From NCBI GenBank assembly GCA_964501265.1, contig CAZCSK010000008.1, positions 387 through 64,386 on the forward strand: a DNA stretch of 64,000 nt, read 5' to 3'. Source of the DNA: an uncultured Actinomycetes bacterium. GTDB lineage: Bacteria > Actinomycetota > CADDZG01 > JAHWKV01. The position numbers and the translations under genes are program-made. The notes under the pieces were generated by a model. It was not told the origin of the DNA. It was given only the letters and a program-made list of their open reading frames with translations, and did not search any database. This document shows, in pieces, positions 1-10,140 of the stretch. Positions within the stretch are counted from its first letter, which is position 1; every line of letters starts with the position of its first letter.

Positions 1-1
1 G

Positions 2-628
2 ACTAGGGAATGGTTTGACGAACTTCGAGACACCGCTCGGCCCGACGGGCAGGACGAGCTCATGGCCCTGGTCACTAAAGCGCTCGAGGCGTTCGGGGAA
101 AACGATTACGCAAGGGCATCGTCGCTCGCAAAACAAGCGAAGACCCGGGCCCCGCGCTCGGGCCGCCTGCGAGAACTTCTAGGGCTTGCCTACTACCACT
201 CGGGCAACTGGACCGAAGCTGCCAGTGAATTGCTGACCTACCGCCGGCTCACTGGCGACATCGACCAGAATCATGTCATCGCCGATTGTTATCGAGCAGC
301 GGGACGCTTTGACCGGGCTCTGGAGGTATGTGACGAGGTTGACCGCACGCGCGTTTCGGACGAGGTCTGGACCGAGGTCACGATCGTCGCCGCAGGCGCT
401 CTCGCGGATAAGGGTGATATCGATCAGGCCCTTACGCGCTTGGCCCGCGGCGAACTCAAACCCGCGGCCGTTGAGCCTCACCATTTGAGGCTCTGGTATG
501 TGCGGGCCGACCTACTCGATCGCTCAGGCCGTCAGCAGGAGGCGAAGGAACTCTGGGAGTTGATCCTCGGGGAGGCCGGGGAATTCTACGATGTCGACGA
601 GAGACTGAACGCTCTCGCAGAATCCTGA
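2..628 (+). CDS. TPR-repeat protein; open reading frame continues to window edge, so possibly 5' partial
   Basis: Helical TPR-like repeats (LGLAYYHSGNWTEA, CYRAAGRFDRALEV). No stop upstream of the first ATG at 62 in this frame. Confidence 0.5.
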   Translation, partial: TREWFDELRDTARPDGQDELMALVTKALEAFGENDYARASSLAKQAKTRAPRSGRLRELLGLAYYHSGNWTEAASELLTYRRLTGDIDQNHVIADCYRAAGRFDRALEVCDEVDRTRVSDEVWTEVTIVAAGALADKGDIDQALTRLARGELKPAAVEPHHLRLWYVRADLLDRSGRQQEAKELWELILGEAGEFYDVDERLNALAES

Positions 629-632
629 AACT

Positions 633-1550
633 TTAGGGACGTTTGGTCAGGTATCGAAATATTCCCGCCGCGTTCAATTCGTATGAAGTCGTACGCTCGA
701 ACTTGTCCATGGCCTCGGCAGAAAAACCAGGATAGAACTCTTCCCTCTTAGCTTTGAAGGCTTCCGCGATTTGGGACTGGTCGCCGCCTTTCGAAAACAC
801 TTCTTCTGCAACTAAGACCCATTTTGTGTACTCATCGCGAGCCTCATCGAAAGCCGCGTTCGGGTCGGCCACTTGGCCGAAATGTGTCGGGAATACGCGT
901 TGCGGCTTTAACGCACGCAGTTTCTCGATCGTGGCCAGGCTCACCTCCAGGTCAAACTCGGGTGGGGGCGTAGCGGGGCGAATGAGCCCGCCAGCTTCAG
1001 GCAAGTAGACCCCGATGGCGTCGCCCGTGAACAGGTCGCCGTTTGTCGGTTCGTACACGGCCATATGATGTTTGGCGTGGCCTGGCGAATAGATGGCATG
1101 CAGCTCGCGGCCCCCCAGATCCGCCACAGGGCCGTCCTCGGAAACCACCTGGATTCGATTCTCCGAAACCGGAATCATCTCACCCCATAAAGTCTCCATG
1201 TCTGGATAGAGACGCGCCGCTGAGGCCCACAGGCGGCTCGGATCGACAAGGTGGGGGGCGCCCTCCTCTCTCACAACCACGGTGGCGCCGGGGAATTGCT
1301 CCGCCAAGTGCCCAACCGCCCCCGCGTGGTCTAGATGGATGTGGGTAACCACAATCCAGTCAAGGCTCGTAACCCCTGCTTCCTCCAAGCCCCGGTTGGT
1401 GGCCTCAATCGAAGAGCCGGGCCCGGTCTCGATGAGCGCGGGGCGTTCCCCTGGCAGGTAGTAAGTGGCCGTGATCCCGGACCGGCCATGCATGAAAGTG
1501 TCGATTGCGACGACGCCGTTATCGTAGGTGTGTATCAAGATGCCCTTCAT
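633..1550 (-). CDS. MBL-fold metallo-hydrolase
   Basis: HxHxDH zinc motif (THIHLDHAG) plus downstream His/Asp ligands. Start taken at MKGILIH. Confidence 0.8.
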   Translation of the reverse strand: MKGILIHTYDNGVVAIDTFMHGRSGITATYYLPGERPALIETGPGSSIEATNRGLEEAGVTSLDWIVVTHIHLDHAGAVGHLAEQFPGATVVVREEGAPHLVDPSRLWASAARLYPDMETLWGEMIPVSENRIQVVSEDGPVADLGGRELHAIYSPGHAKHHMAVYEPTNGDLFTGDAIGVYLPEAGGLIRPATPPPEFDLEVSLATIEKLRALKPQRVFPTHFGQVADPNAAFDEARDEYTKWVLVAEEVFSKGGDQSQIAEAFKAKREEFYPGFSAEAMDKFERTTSYELNAAGIFRYLTKRP

Positions 1551-1576
1551 GATATCCGCAGTGATACGGTGAAACC

Positions 1577-2473
1577 GTGCGCGCACACCTGATAATGAAT
1601 CCCGAGGCTCGAGGGGTGACTCCGGCTCTAATCCGCGTCGTACACGCCGCGCTGGAAGCGCGTTTTAAGCTCGAAAGCGACGAGACGCACGCGCGGGAGT
1701 CCGCCACTCAAACCGCCCGCTCGGCCGCCGAATCCGGGGCAGAACTCGTGATTGCGTTCGGGGGCGATGGCTTGGTAAATGAGGTCGTCAACGGCATCGC
1801 GGGATCGGGGGCGATCCTTGGTGTCATTCCCGGTGGGACCATGAATGTTTTCGCGCGCAACATCGGCTTGTCGAGAGATCCTTTGGTCGCAACGGATTTC
1901 ATCCTTCAAGCAGCAGGCTCGCAGGCGCCGCAAGAGATCAGTCTGGCGCGCGCCAACGACCGGTTATTTACTTTTGCCTGCGGATGTGGCTTTGATGCCG
2001 AAGCGGCCCTTCGGGCAGAGTCGCACAAGGCGAGCAAACGCAGATTTGGGGAACCATATTTCTACGCATCTGCCGCAGCCGTTTTTCTGAAGTCCTACTT
2101 CGACCGGGAGCCGTATCTTCTTTGTGAGGGCCCCTTCGGTCGTCGTGATGCTGTCATGGCGATCGCTTTGAATCTGGGCGCGTATGCCTATCTCGCTGGA
2201 AGGGCTCTTCGCCTGGCGGGCAACGTTCGATCCGGCACCGAGATGGACGCTTTTATACTCCGAAGGCTCCGATATTCCCAGCTGCCGGCGTATGCGATTG
2301 GGGCGCTACTCACCGGCAGATTCGGCCGCGATGCAAAAGCGTTTCGAGCGGTCGAAGAGTTTCGAGTGACGGCGGATCTCCCGTTCGCAATACATGTCGA
2401 CGGCGAACCTCTGCCCGCGGTGGAGTCGGTTGAGATCCGTTCAGCAGCGGCGAAGGTGCACGTTGTCGCTTAA
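1577..2473 (+). CDS. Diacylglycerol-kinase-family lipid kinase (YegS/BmrU-like)
   Basis: DAGK_cat motifs: LIMNPEARG, AFGGDGLVNEVVNG, GVIPGGTMNVFARNIGL. Confidence 0.7.
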   Translation: MRAHLIMNPEARGVTPALIRVVHAALEARFKLESDETHARESATQTARSAAESGAELVIAFGGDGLVNEVVNGIAGSGAILGVIPGGTMNVFARNIGLSRDPLVATDFILQAAGSQAPQEISLARANDRLFTFACGCGFDAEAALRAESHKASKRRFGEPYFYASAAAVFLKSYFDREPYLLCEGPFGRRDAVMAIALNLGAYAYLAGRALRLAGNVRSGTEMDAFILRRLRYSQLPAYAIGALLTGRFGRDAKAFRAVEEFRVTADLPFAIHVDGEPLPAVESVEIRSAAAKVHVVA

Positions 2474-2497
2474 GGCCGGACGGGAAGGAACTGTCGG

Positions 2498-3193
2498 ATG
2501 CCAGTACTCATCGCTGCTGTAAATCGCGATCTAGATATCGTCATCTCACTTGCCGAAAAGTTATTGACCGGTGGAGGTGAGGTTCGCTGCTTTCTTGAAT
2601 TCGACGACCATGAGTTGCGATCGATGGGATGCAAGATCGCCGTGGGAGATCCGGGCGACGCCTACACGATGGGGGCCGCCCTCACCAATGTTCATACGTT
2701 CATTCCAATTCTTGCCGACCCTCTGTCTTTTGCTGACAACCCATCTCAGTTGATAGGTTTTGGAAAGGCGGCCGTCGAAGCCGCGACGGCCGGAAACCTG
2801 GAGCAGACCATCCTTCCGATCTCCGGAGCTTCCGGAGCCGGCAATTTGATCTTCGAAACATTGCGCTCGATTGAGGAAGCCTTCAGGGAGTCGGTCGAGC
2901 CCCTGTATGTACTGAAAACACCTTTCGTTGCCGGGCAGTTCAGGCCACTTTGGCTGGCCGACTTGGAGGAGGCCGAATACGACGGTCCGGCGGTCACTGT
3001 CGATGACCTGACTTCCGCCATCGCCTCCGCCGATGACAGGGAAGGCATCGAAGAGACTTTGAATCTTGACTATAGACGAATGGCCCTTAAGCTTCAGATG
3101 ACGGAGCAGGCGGCTACCGCCGACCTCTTGCCGCCTCTATCGGTCCTGGCGACTGGCAGCGACAACGAGTTAGAATCCTTCCGAGATGCGTAG
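2498..3193 (+). CDS. Hypothetical protein
   Basis: Long ORF with coding-like composition. No recognisable motifs. Confidence 0.45.
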   Translation: MPVLIAAVNRDLDIVISLAEKLLTGGGEVRCFLEFDDHELRSMGCKIAVGDPGDAYTMGAALTNVHTFIPILADPLSFADNPSQLIGFGKAAVEAATAGNLEQTILPISGASGAGNLIFETLRSIEEAFRESVEPLYVLKTPFVAGQFRPLWLADLEEAEYDGPAVTVDDLTSAIASADDREGIEETLNLDYRRMALKLQMTEQAATADLLPPLSVLATGSDNELESFRDA

Positions 3194-3629
3194 ACTAGCG
3201 AGCTTCGCCAATATGGTCCCAATCTTGCTACTGGTAATTGGCTTTGGGCTCATCTTTGCCGGGTGGAACGGCGCGGCCGGCATTGATTACACACAGGGGC
3301 AAATTCCATTCCTCATCTCGGGTGGCATCACCGGGCTTGCGCTAGTCGTCTTCGGGGCCACTGGCTTGCTCTTAAGGTCGATCCGTCAGGGCCAGGACCG
3401 TCAGCTAGACGAATTGAAGCAAATGAGCCAATACATGCAACGTGCCGGCTCATCGACAGCCTCCTCAAACGGTTCCAACGGCCACTCCGATGGCGACCTC
3501 GTTCTGGTGGGGGCCAGCAGTTTTCACCAAGCCTCCTGTCGCTTGGTCAAAGGCCGCAGCCCAGTAAAGGTACCGCGAGGCCAAGCCGAGGAAGAAGGGC
3601 TTCAGCCCTGCAGGATCTGTAACCCCTAG
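3186..3629 (+). CDS. Hypothetical membrane protein with C-terminal Cys pairs (zinc-ribbon-like)
   Basis: Two predicted TM helices followed by a Ser-rich linker and CxxxxxC...CxxC at the C-terminus. Confidence 0.4.
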   Translation: MRRLASFANMVPILLLVIGFGLIFAGWNGAAGIDYTQGQIPFLISGGITGLALVVFGATGLLLRSIRQGQDRQLDELKQMSQYMQRAGSSTASSNGSNGHSDGDLVLVGASSFHQASCRLVKGRSPVKVPRGQAEEEGLQPCRICNP

Positions 3630-3633
3630 CGCG

Positions 3634-4350
3634 TTAGGCCGGGGCGCCTAGGTAAGCCTCGCGAATTTCCGGCGACTCCAGAACCTCGTTGCCGGTCCCG
3701 GTGAAGACGATGTCTCCCTTTTCCATCACAAAGGTGCGATCAGAAATTGCTACCGCGCCGGTGTTTTGCTCGACGAGAATGACCGTCACTCCATCCTCGT
3801 TGATCCGCTCAACGATGTCGAAGACAGTGCTCGCAAGCACTGGAGAGAGCCCCAATGAGGCTTCATCGATCATTAGAAGTTTCGGCTCCGACATCAATCC
3901 CCGCCCGACAGCAAGCATCTGCTGCTCACCTCCTGAGAGAGTGCCGGCGAGCTGACTCGACCTTTCTAAAAGGCGCGGAAAGTAGTCGTAAACCAGTTCC
4001 ATCCTCTGCTTGATAAAGGAGGACTTCTTCCGCCGCGTCCAGGCACCCATCTGAAGATTTTTGACAACCGATAGCGCGGGAAAAATCTTACGACCCTCGG
4101 GCACGAGCACCAGCCCAGCATCAACGAGTCTTCCAACATCTTTGCCGGAAATGTCCTGGCCGTCGAAGTGAATCTTTCCTGCCCAAGGCTTCATGAAGCC
4201 GGCGATATGGAGCAGGGTTGTCGATTTCCCCGCGCCATTTAGTCCGAGAATGACGGCGGTCTCGCCTTGCTCGACGGAGAGCGAGAGGTTATGCAGCACG
4301 GGAAGGGACCCGTAACCGCCGCTGAGCTCCGTGATTTCGAGAAAGGCCAT
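3634..4350 (-). CDS. livF: Branched-chain amino-acid ABC transporter ATP-binding protein LivF
   Basis: Walker A GLNGAGKST, signature LSGGEQQML, Walker B LLMIDEAS. Sits in a liv operon. Confidence 0.85.
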   Translation of the reverse strand: MAFLEITELSGGYGSLPVLHNLSLSVEQGETAVILGLNGAGKSTTLLHIAGFMKPWAGKIHFDGQDISGKDVGRLVDAGLVLVPEGRKIFPALSVVKNLQMGAWTRRKKSSFIKQRMELVYDYFPRLLERSSQLAGTLSGGEQQMLAVGRGLMSEPKLLMIDEASLGLSPVLASTVFDIVERINEDGVTVILVEQNTGAVAISDRTFVMEKGDIVFTGTGNEVLESPEIREAYLGAPA

Positions 4351-5261
4351 TAGTCCGAATCCTTAGCGGAGACGTACTGCGACAGTCCTTCGGGTGATGA
4401 GTAGCCGGACCCCTCGGACCTGCTGACGCTGGATGCGGCCTTCAACTTCTTGGTTGATGGAGCTTTGGAAGCTTTGGGGTGCTTGGGGCTTCCCCCTTCG
4501 GGCTCTCCACCCAGGTACGCCGCGATGACTTCAGGGTGCTGCTGCACGTCTCGGGGCAAACCCTCAGTCAGCATGGTCCCGAAGTTAAGCACATAGACGT
4601 AGTCACAGACGCGGACCACGAGCGGCACGTGGTGCTCGATCATCAAGATCGTCATGCCGATCTCTTCGCGCAAGCGAAGGAGAACATTACCGAGTTCGTC
4701 GGACTCAGTCGGCGAAAGTCCTGAAGATGGCTCGTCGAGCATCAACAGCTGCGGATCGGTAGACAGGACTGTCGCGAGTTCGACGTTTTTGAGGATCCCG
4801 TAAGGGAGATCGTCTATAGCTGCGTCCCGATGGGAGGACAGGTTCACGTAGTCTAGAACCCGTTCGGCCCGTTGGCGGAGTACTCTCTCCGATTCGAAGG
4901 ACTTGGGCGACCCGAACATTCCTTCAAGGACGCCGTATTCGGCTGTCATGTGTTGCGCGGTAATCAGGTTCTGCAGCACGGTCTGGCCGCGCACGAGCCC
5001 AAGGTTCTGAAAGGAACGGGCGATGCCGAGTCCTGCTCGCTCGTGAGTCTTCAGCGTGGTGATGTCTTGATCTCTGAAGGATATTCGCCCGGAGTTCACT
5101 GGGTAGACGCCGGCAATGCAATTGAACATGGTGGTCTTACCGGCGCCGTTGGGTCCAATGAGGCCGACGATCTCCCACTCTCCAACTTCGAGGGTAACGT
5201 CAGAATTGGCGACGATGCCGCCAAACCGCTTAGTGACCTCGTGTACTTTGAGAAGCGACAT
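4350..5261 (-). CDS. livG: Branched-chain amino-acid ABC transporter ATP-binding protein LivG with ~55 aa low-complexity C-terminal tail
   Basis: Walker A GPNGAGKTT; LivG-specific segments. The tail is EPEGGSPKHPKASKAPSTKK... Start taken at MSLLKVHEV, immediately downstream of the livM stop. Confidence 0.8.
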   Translation of the reverse strand: MSLLKVHEVTKRFGGIVANSDVTLEVGEWEIVGLIGPNGAGKTTMFNCIAGVYPVNSGRISFRDQDITTLKTHERAGLGIARSFQNLGLVRGQTVLQNLITAQHMTAEYGVLEGMFGSPKSFESERVLRQRAERVLDYVNLSSHRDAAIDDLPYGILKNVELATVLSTDPQLLMLDEPSSGLSPTESDELGNVLLRLREEIGMTILMIEHHVPLVVRVCDYVYVLNFGTMLTEGLPRDVQQHPEVIAAYLGGEPEGGSPKHPKASKAPSTKKLKAASSVSRSEGSGYSSPEGLSQYVSAKDSD

Positions 5262-5263
5262 CG

Positions 5264-6325
5264 TTAGGCCGCTTCCTGGGCGGCTGGTGCGTCGCCTGAG
5301 TGCTTGCCCTTTTTGTGATGGCGAGGGAAGGGTTTGCCGGAAAGCCATTCGGTGACCGGGTGTAGTTGCTGGGCAATCCCTCCCGGGAAGCGCGTGATCG
5401 TCAAAAGCAAGAGTAGACCGGAGATGGCAATCTTTAGAACGATCAACTCATCGTAGTGCAATAACTCGCTGATTCGATCAAGGATGAATGGGAGATACGC
5501 GATGAAAGCGGAGCCTATGACGGTGCCGATTCGCGATCCAAGACCTCCCACGACTACCATGATGACGAAAGTCAGCGCAATCTGGAAGGTGAAATCTTGG
5601 CTGACGACGCGCTGATTCTTGAAGGCTAGAAGGCCTCCCCCGAGTCCGGCGATACCTCCCGCCAAAACGAAGGCAGCGACCTTGTAGAAAATGAGATTCA
5701 TCCCGAACGATGAAGCAACTTGCTCGCTGCTCTTGATAGTGAGCAGGGCCCGACCGAACTTGGTGCGCAGCATGCGCCAGTCGACGAAGAGAAGCGCTGC
5801 AAGAATCGCAAGGCAAAGGTAGGCGTAAACGGCGTCGCCCGCCAAGAACTTGGGGCGCTCGGCGGGCATGCCGAGGCCCCCGCCCGTAAACTTCTGAATG
5901 CCGAAGATCGACCTCTCTGCCACTGCGCCATAGGCCAGAGTGATCAAAGCCAGATATAGGCCAGAAATTCGCAAGGCGACCAATCCCAGCAGTGCCGCGG
6001 TAGCGGCCCCCGTGCCCGCCGCGGCGATCAACGTGAACCCGAACGGCACGCCGCTGTTAGTGGCGAGATAAGCGGCGCTGAAGGCGCCGATACCAACAAA
6101 GGCTTGATGCCCCAACGAGATCTGGCCAGCGTATCCAATAAGGATGTTGACGGACAGGCCGATGATGGCATAGATAACGGCCTGGCTGAATCTGTCGGCT
6201 CTAAAGTTTGGAACCGCACTTGGGTAATAAAGCACTCCGGCAATGAGCGCTGCGATGACGATCTTTTGCGGTAATGCGTTCTTGGAAAGAAACGGTCGTC
6301 GGGTGGCCACTGTGCTGATGCTCAT
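5264..6325 (-). CDS. livM: Branched-chain amino-acid ABC transporter permease LivM
   Basis: Polytopic membrane protein, LivM-like. Operon position. Confidence 0.8.
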   Translation of the reverse strand: MSISTVATRRPFLSKNALPQKIVIAALIAGVLYYPSAVPNFRADRFSQAVIYAIIGLSVNILIGYAGQISLGHQAFVGIGAFSAAYLATNSGVPFGFTLIAAAGTGAATAALLGLVALRISGLYLALITLAYGAVAERSIFGIQKFTGGGLGMPAERPKFLAGDAVYAYLCLAILAALLFVDWRMLRTKFGRALLTIKSSEQVASSFGMNLIFYKVAAFVLAGGIAGLGGGLLAFKNQRVVSQDFTFQIALTFVIMVVVGGLGSRIGTVIGSAFIAYLPFILDRISELLHYDELIVLKIAISGLLLLLTITRFPGGIAQQLHPVTEWLSGKPFPRHHKKGKHSGDAPAAQEAA

Positions 6326-6326
6326 G

Positions 6327-7208
6327 TTAGGCCTTTGCTCCGAATAACCCGTTCGGGCGAACTAACAAAGTTGCGATCAACACTAGGAAGATCAGGACCG
6401 TCGTCCCCTCCGGGACTACGGCGAGAGCCGGGTTTTTGACGATGACGTACTGTCCGATCCCCTCGACCAGTCCAATGATCTGCCCTGCCACCAAAGCCCC
6501 GACCAAACTCGTCATACCGCCCACGATGGCGGCAGTGAAAGCCGGAATCAAAATGGCCGTGGTCATGAAGCCCGGGTAGAACTGAGTGTCCGGTGCAAGA
6601 AGGACGCCGGCCAAAGCTCCCAGCAACCCAGCGATGCCCCAAGTGAGGGCGGAGATGCGATTTACGTTTGCGCCGACTATTCGTGCCGCGAATGAATCCT
6701 GCGAGTTGGCGAGAATCGCCATGCCGAGGAAAGTTTTCTGGAAAAAATAGGCGGCCCCCAACGCGACGATGACCAATACTCCAAGCGAGAGAAGTTTCTG
6801 GTTTGAAACTATGTACCCAAGGACCGTCGGACCATTGCCCGCAATGGCGGGTCCGACACTACGTGGTTCTGGTTTGAATCGAAACAATTCGAATCCGATC
6901 GCCAGCAACGCAATGCCGGCTGTCCCCACGAGGGCAATCACTTTGGGAGCGCTTGCCAAAGGGCGAGCCACAAACCTTTCGACGATTAGCCCGAACACGA
7001 CCCCGGAGAGCAGGGCTAGAGCAATCGCGAGGGGATAAGGAAGGCTTCCGCGCTCGGTCGAAAAGAAGATCACGTACATGGCCATCGTGCCGAACTCGGC
7101 CTGGGCGAAGTTGAAGACGCGGCTACCTTTATAGATCAGAACCAGGCCGAGCGCGGTAAGCCCATAAATCACGCCCGAGATCATGCCGATGACGACGTAG
7201 GTACCCAC
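6327..7208 (-). CDS. livH: Branched-chain amino-acid ABC transporter permease LivH
   Basis: Polytopic membrane protein, LivH-like. Operon position. Confidence 0.8.
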   Translation of the reverse strand: MGTYVVIGMISGVIYGLTALGLVLIYKGSRVFNFAQAEFGTMAMYVIFFSTERGSLPYPLAIALALLSGVVFGLIVERFVARPLASAPKVIALVGTAGIALLAIGFELFRFKPEPRSVGPAIAGNGPTVLGYIVSNQKLLSLGVLVIVALGAAYFFQKTFLGMAILANSQDSFAARIVGANVNRISALTWGIAGLLGALAGVLLAPDTQFYPGFMTTAILIPAFTAAIVGGMTSLVGALVAGQIIGLVEGIGQYVIVKNPALAVVPEGTTVLIFLVLIATLLVRPNGLFGAKA

Positions 7209-7313
7209 GGATGGGAATCCTACCCGACCCCCCGAAGTACCCGGGTGCGCGACCCCGGCCTCCGGACCCGTTGCTCGGTAGGGGTCACGCCTTAAGCGTT
7301 TCAGCGTTATCGT

Positions 7314-8894
7314 CTATAGATCGGCTGTGGTGAGCAACTTGCCGTTCTTCTCGAAGAAGTCGTACCCGGGTCTGTTGCAGTTCGCCCAAACTATGTGCAT
7401 CGATTCGCCCCCGAATTTGTCGGTGGGTGAAAAGGTCATGGGGGTGTACACGTCCACTACGTCGCCGGCCGGCGTGCTGTCCACAGCTACTGCGTTCTTT
7501 AGTTTCTGGGCAGCTCCCAAGAACCCAGAGCGAGTGAGATCCTGCCCCGCAGCGTTGAACAGGATGTGCTGAACGATCGAGCCGCCCCACAGCGCAAAGG
7601 CGATGTCGTGCTGGTCGGGAGTAGAACGATCCGAGGCATCGGGGCCCCCGAGTTCGGCCCACGCTTGCTTCCACTGGTTCGCCACGGGGCTGTACACGGA
7701 AGGCGAGGGGTGGAACATAATCGAATACTCGTAACTGGTTCTCTGGCGCCCGCAGGCAGGGATCGCGACCAGGTTGATTCCAAAGGTCAAGCCGACCCCG
7801 ACCCAACGCGGGGCGTAGGCTTGTCCCTGGGCCGGAGTGAGAATGTTGCCGAAATTAGTTGGTGAGGTGATGATGAACACCACATCCACGCCCGCCCCCT
7901 TCAGGACGTTGACTGCACTGTTCGCCTCCGATGCACTGATCGTGAATTTCGTGATCGGCACCTGCATGATCTTGTCCGTGCCCCCCACTAGGGGGCCCAT
8001 CGCCTTTAGGAACTCGTCGCGCGCGTCGTAAAAGCCTTCAGTGTTGGAGTAGAGCACGGCTATTTTGGGCTCACTCGACCCTGGGATGGCGTCGCTGCAG
8101 GCTTGGGGGTTGCAGCGATCTAAGTACACCTTGCCCCCTTTACCGGGCCCGGCGTCGAAGTTACGGACGAGTTTGGCAAGCTCGGGGGTCTGGTCGGGAT
8201 AGGTCTCGTAAAACGCCAGGTAGTTAGGCAGGCCGCTCAATATTTTCTCAGTTACTCCGGCCGACAAGTAAGGAACTTTCTTTTGGTTTGCGTAACGGCC
8301 GCAGGCTTGAATTTGATCGGTGCCAGCCCCGCCAATCAAGAGGAAAACTTGAGTCTTCTCGACCAACTCACGGCAAACCGACACAGCTATCGAAGGCGAG
8401 TACTGGTCGTCTTTGAAGGTTACGTCCACCTGCCGTCCATGAATGGAGCCCCCCTTGGCCTTCATCCAGTCGCGATAGGTGTTGACCCCGAACTTAAGGT
8501 CGTTGAGGTCGACGGCGGCGGCCCCCGTGAAGGGGGCGTGGAACCCAACCCGAATGGTGGTTTTTGTCACTCCCACGCGGTCGTTGGGGTTCGCTGAGAT
8601 GCCGACTGAGGTGCTTGGGCCTGTGGTCTTGCCGGTCGACCTCGATCCTGTTGTCCCACCGGTGCTCGATGTTGATCCACCATTGCTGACGGGGTTGCCT
8701 CCTGCATCAAGAACCTCGCCCCCTTCGCCGGCTGCGAGCGGGCCCTCACCCGAGAGCTGACCACTCGAGTCGCCGGATCCACCGGACCCAGCAACGTGTA
8801 CGCCCGGCTTTTGGCCGCAAGCCACACCGAAGAGAATCATCACGAAACCAAGTGCAAGGAGTCTCGTGTATTTCATGCTCCCTCTAGCTTTCAT
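7314..8894 (-). CDS. livK: Leu/Ile/Val-type ABC substrate-binding lipoprotein with a long Gly/Ser/Thr-rich linker after the signal peptide
   Basis: Signal peptide with Cys lipobox (LFGVAC). ~90 aa G/S/T low-complexity linker, then a type-I periplasmic-binding fold. Start at MKARGS, preceded by AGGAGA. Confidence 0.7.
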   Translation of the reverse strand: MKARGSMKYTRLLALGFVMILFGVACGQKPGVHVAGSGGSGDSSGQLSGEGPLAAGEGGEVLDAGGNPVSNGGSTSSTGGTTGSRSTGKTTGPSTSVGISANPNDRVGVTKTTIRVGFHAPFTGAAAVDLNDLKFGVNTYRDWMKAKGGSIHGRQVDVTFKDDQYSPSIAVSVCRELVEKTQVFLLIGGAGTDQIQACGRYANQKKVPYLSAGVTEKILSGLPNYLAFYETYPDQTPELAKLVRNFDAGPGKGGKVYLDRCNPQACSDAIPGSSEPKIAVLYSNTEGFYDARDEFLKAMGPLVGGTDKIMQVPITKFTISASEANSAVNVLKGAGVDVVFIITSPTNFGNILTPAQGQAYAPRWVGVGLTFGINLVAIPACGRQRTSYEYSIMFHPSPSVYSPVANQWKQAWAELGGPDASDRSTPDQHDIAFALWGGSIVQHILFNAAGQDLTRSGFLGAAQKLKNAVAVDSTPAGDVVDVYTPMTFSPTDKFGGESMHIVWANCNRPGYDFFEKNGKLLTTADL

Positions 8895-8911
8895 GGATGA
8901 ATTCTCCTGCA

Positions 8912-10063
8912 TCATTCGTCCCTCGGTGTGAAGCCCGCCATGAGCGCGCTCACCGCTCCAGGAGTGCGGACGGGTGATGGGTCAGAAAGAAGTGAAACTC
9001 CCGCGGCAAAAAGGCCAAAGAGACCCAATATCAATGCGAGCCAAGCGGTGGGGGGAATATCCCAAAAATCTGCGGGCTTGCCTTCTGAAGAAACTCCAGC
9101 GATCGGCCTGCTCCGTCCGCTCGGCTCGGTCGTGGAAGGCTCCGGCGCGAGCTCTCCGGCGAGGCCTCCGAAGTCAGAGAAGCTTGGAACATCCGAAGAG
9201 GAAAAATCCTCCGAGCCAGAAAAGGCTTCGTCCGGGAAGAAGTCAGCTGTTTCTTCCGCCGATGAGGTCGCTACCCACGCGATGTCGGCGCTCACACCGG
9301 GAAGAGGCTTATTTGCAACTGTGTAGTCCCCATTGTGGAACGTCATCATCCAGGTTTGATTTTGAGGATCGGCGGGCGGCTTGGGTTCGAAAACGAAGGA
9401 CAGGGTTTCCTCGTCCCGAACGAGGTTGCGCGCCATTGTTGTCAGGTCGAACTTCCAGGCAAATCCCCTATTTGTAATGCCGTCGGCAACGGCCGGATCG
9501 ATAAGCAATTGTTGGGGGTCGCGCACGCCGTCGACCTTCGCGGTGCCGCACTCACGAGGCGGAGCGTTGACAATCGGGGTGGCGGCCGTTCCCGCAATGA
9601 ACTGGGGCATCGGGCACGCAATGATCCCTTGAGCGTATGCGGTCGTGGCATTTGGAGTGCCATGCTGCCCCTGATTCGGGGCATCTTGGGTGTGTTCGAT
9701 CATCGTGAGCTTGAAGTTTGTGATGTCGGCGTTGTCGGGTATGCCCAACTGAAAAAGGTCGAAGTTGACTGCCGCGAAGGCCTCGGCCTTGTCGGCGTCC
9801 TGGTCGGTAGCGTCCCAGCCGACGTAGAGATGGTCGTTACCGAACTGGGTATTGGCGCCCTGGTTGGGCAGCGAGGTGTTGTATAGGGGATCTGTGGTGA
9901 CGGGTCGGTCGTAGAACCAACCCTGACCCGTGGGCCGGGCGGCGGTTAGAGATCCTCCGCCGGTCTGGGCACTGGCGGTTAACGATCCGATTACCACCCA
10001 AGCCGCCATAAGAGCCACGTACCAGGTGCGCTGAGCTCGTGTTCTGCGCGGACTCTTTCTCAT
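8912..10063 (-). CDS. Secreted hypothetical protein with acidic Ser-rich region and C-terminal TM anchor
   Basis: N-terminal signal peptide (AWVVIGSLTASAQT). C-terminal hydrophobic helix WLALILGLFGLFAAGVSLL. No known catalytic motif. Confidence 0.5.
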   Translation of the reverse strand: MRKSPRRTRAQRTWYVALMAAWVVIGSLTASAQTGGGSLTAARPTGQGWFYDRPVTTDPLYNTSLPNQGANTQFGNDHLYVGWDATDQDADKAEAFAAVNFDLFQLGIPDNADITNFKLTMIEHTQDAPNQGQHGTPNATTAYAQGIIACPMPQFIAGTAATPIVNAPPRECGTAKVDGVRDPQQLLIDPAVADGITNRGFAWKFDLTTMARNLVRDEETLSFVFEPKPPADPQNQTWMMTFHNGDYTVANKPLPGVSADIAWVATSSAEETADFFPDEAFSGSEDFSSSDVPSFSDFGGLAGELAPEPSTTEPSGRSRPIAGVSSEGKPADFWDIPPTAWLALILGLFGLFAAGVSLLSDPSPVRTPGAVSALMAGFTPRDE

Positions 10064-10140
10064 ATTCCTCGGCTTGCTCTTGGCCAGAATCTTTTAATCA
10101 TCTTACCCTAGAAGGGTTCCCTAAACACCAGAAAGTGAGG

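Noticed and set aside
4479-4510. G/C-rich stretch GGGGCTTCCCCCTTCGGGCTC in the livG tail
   Set aside because: It lacks the GCAGC/GCTGC core and the G6-TTCG ends. It is not convincingly a copy of the palindromic repeat.
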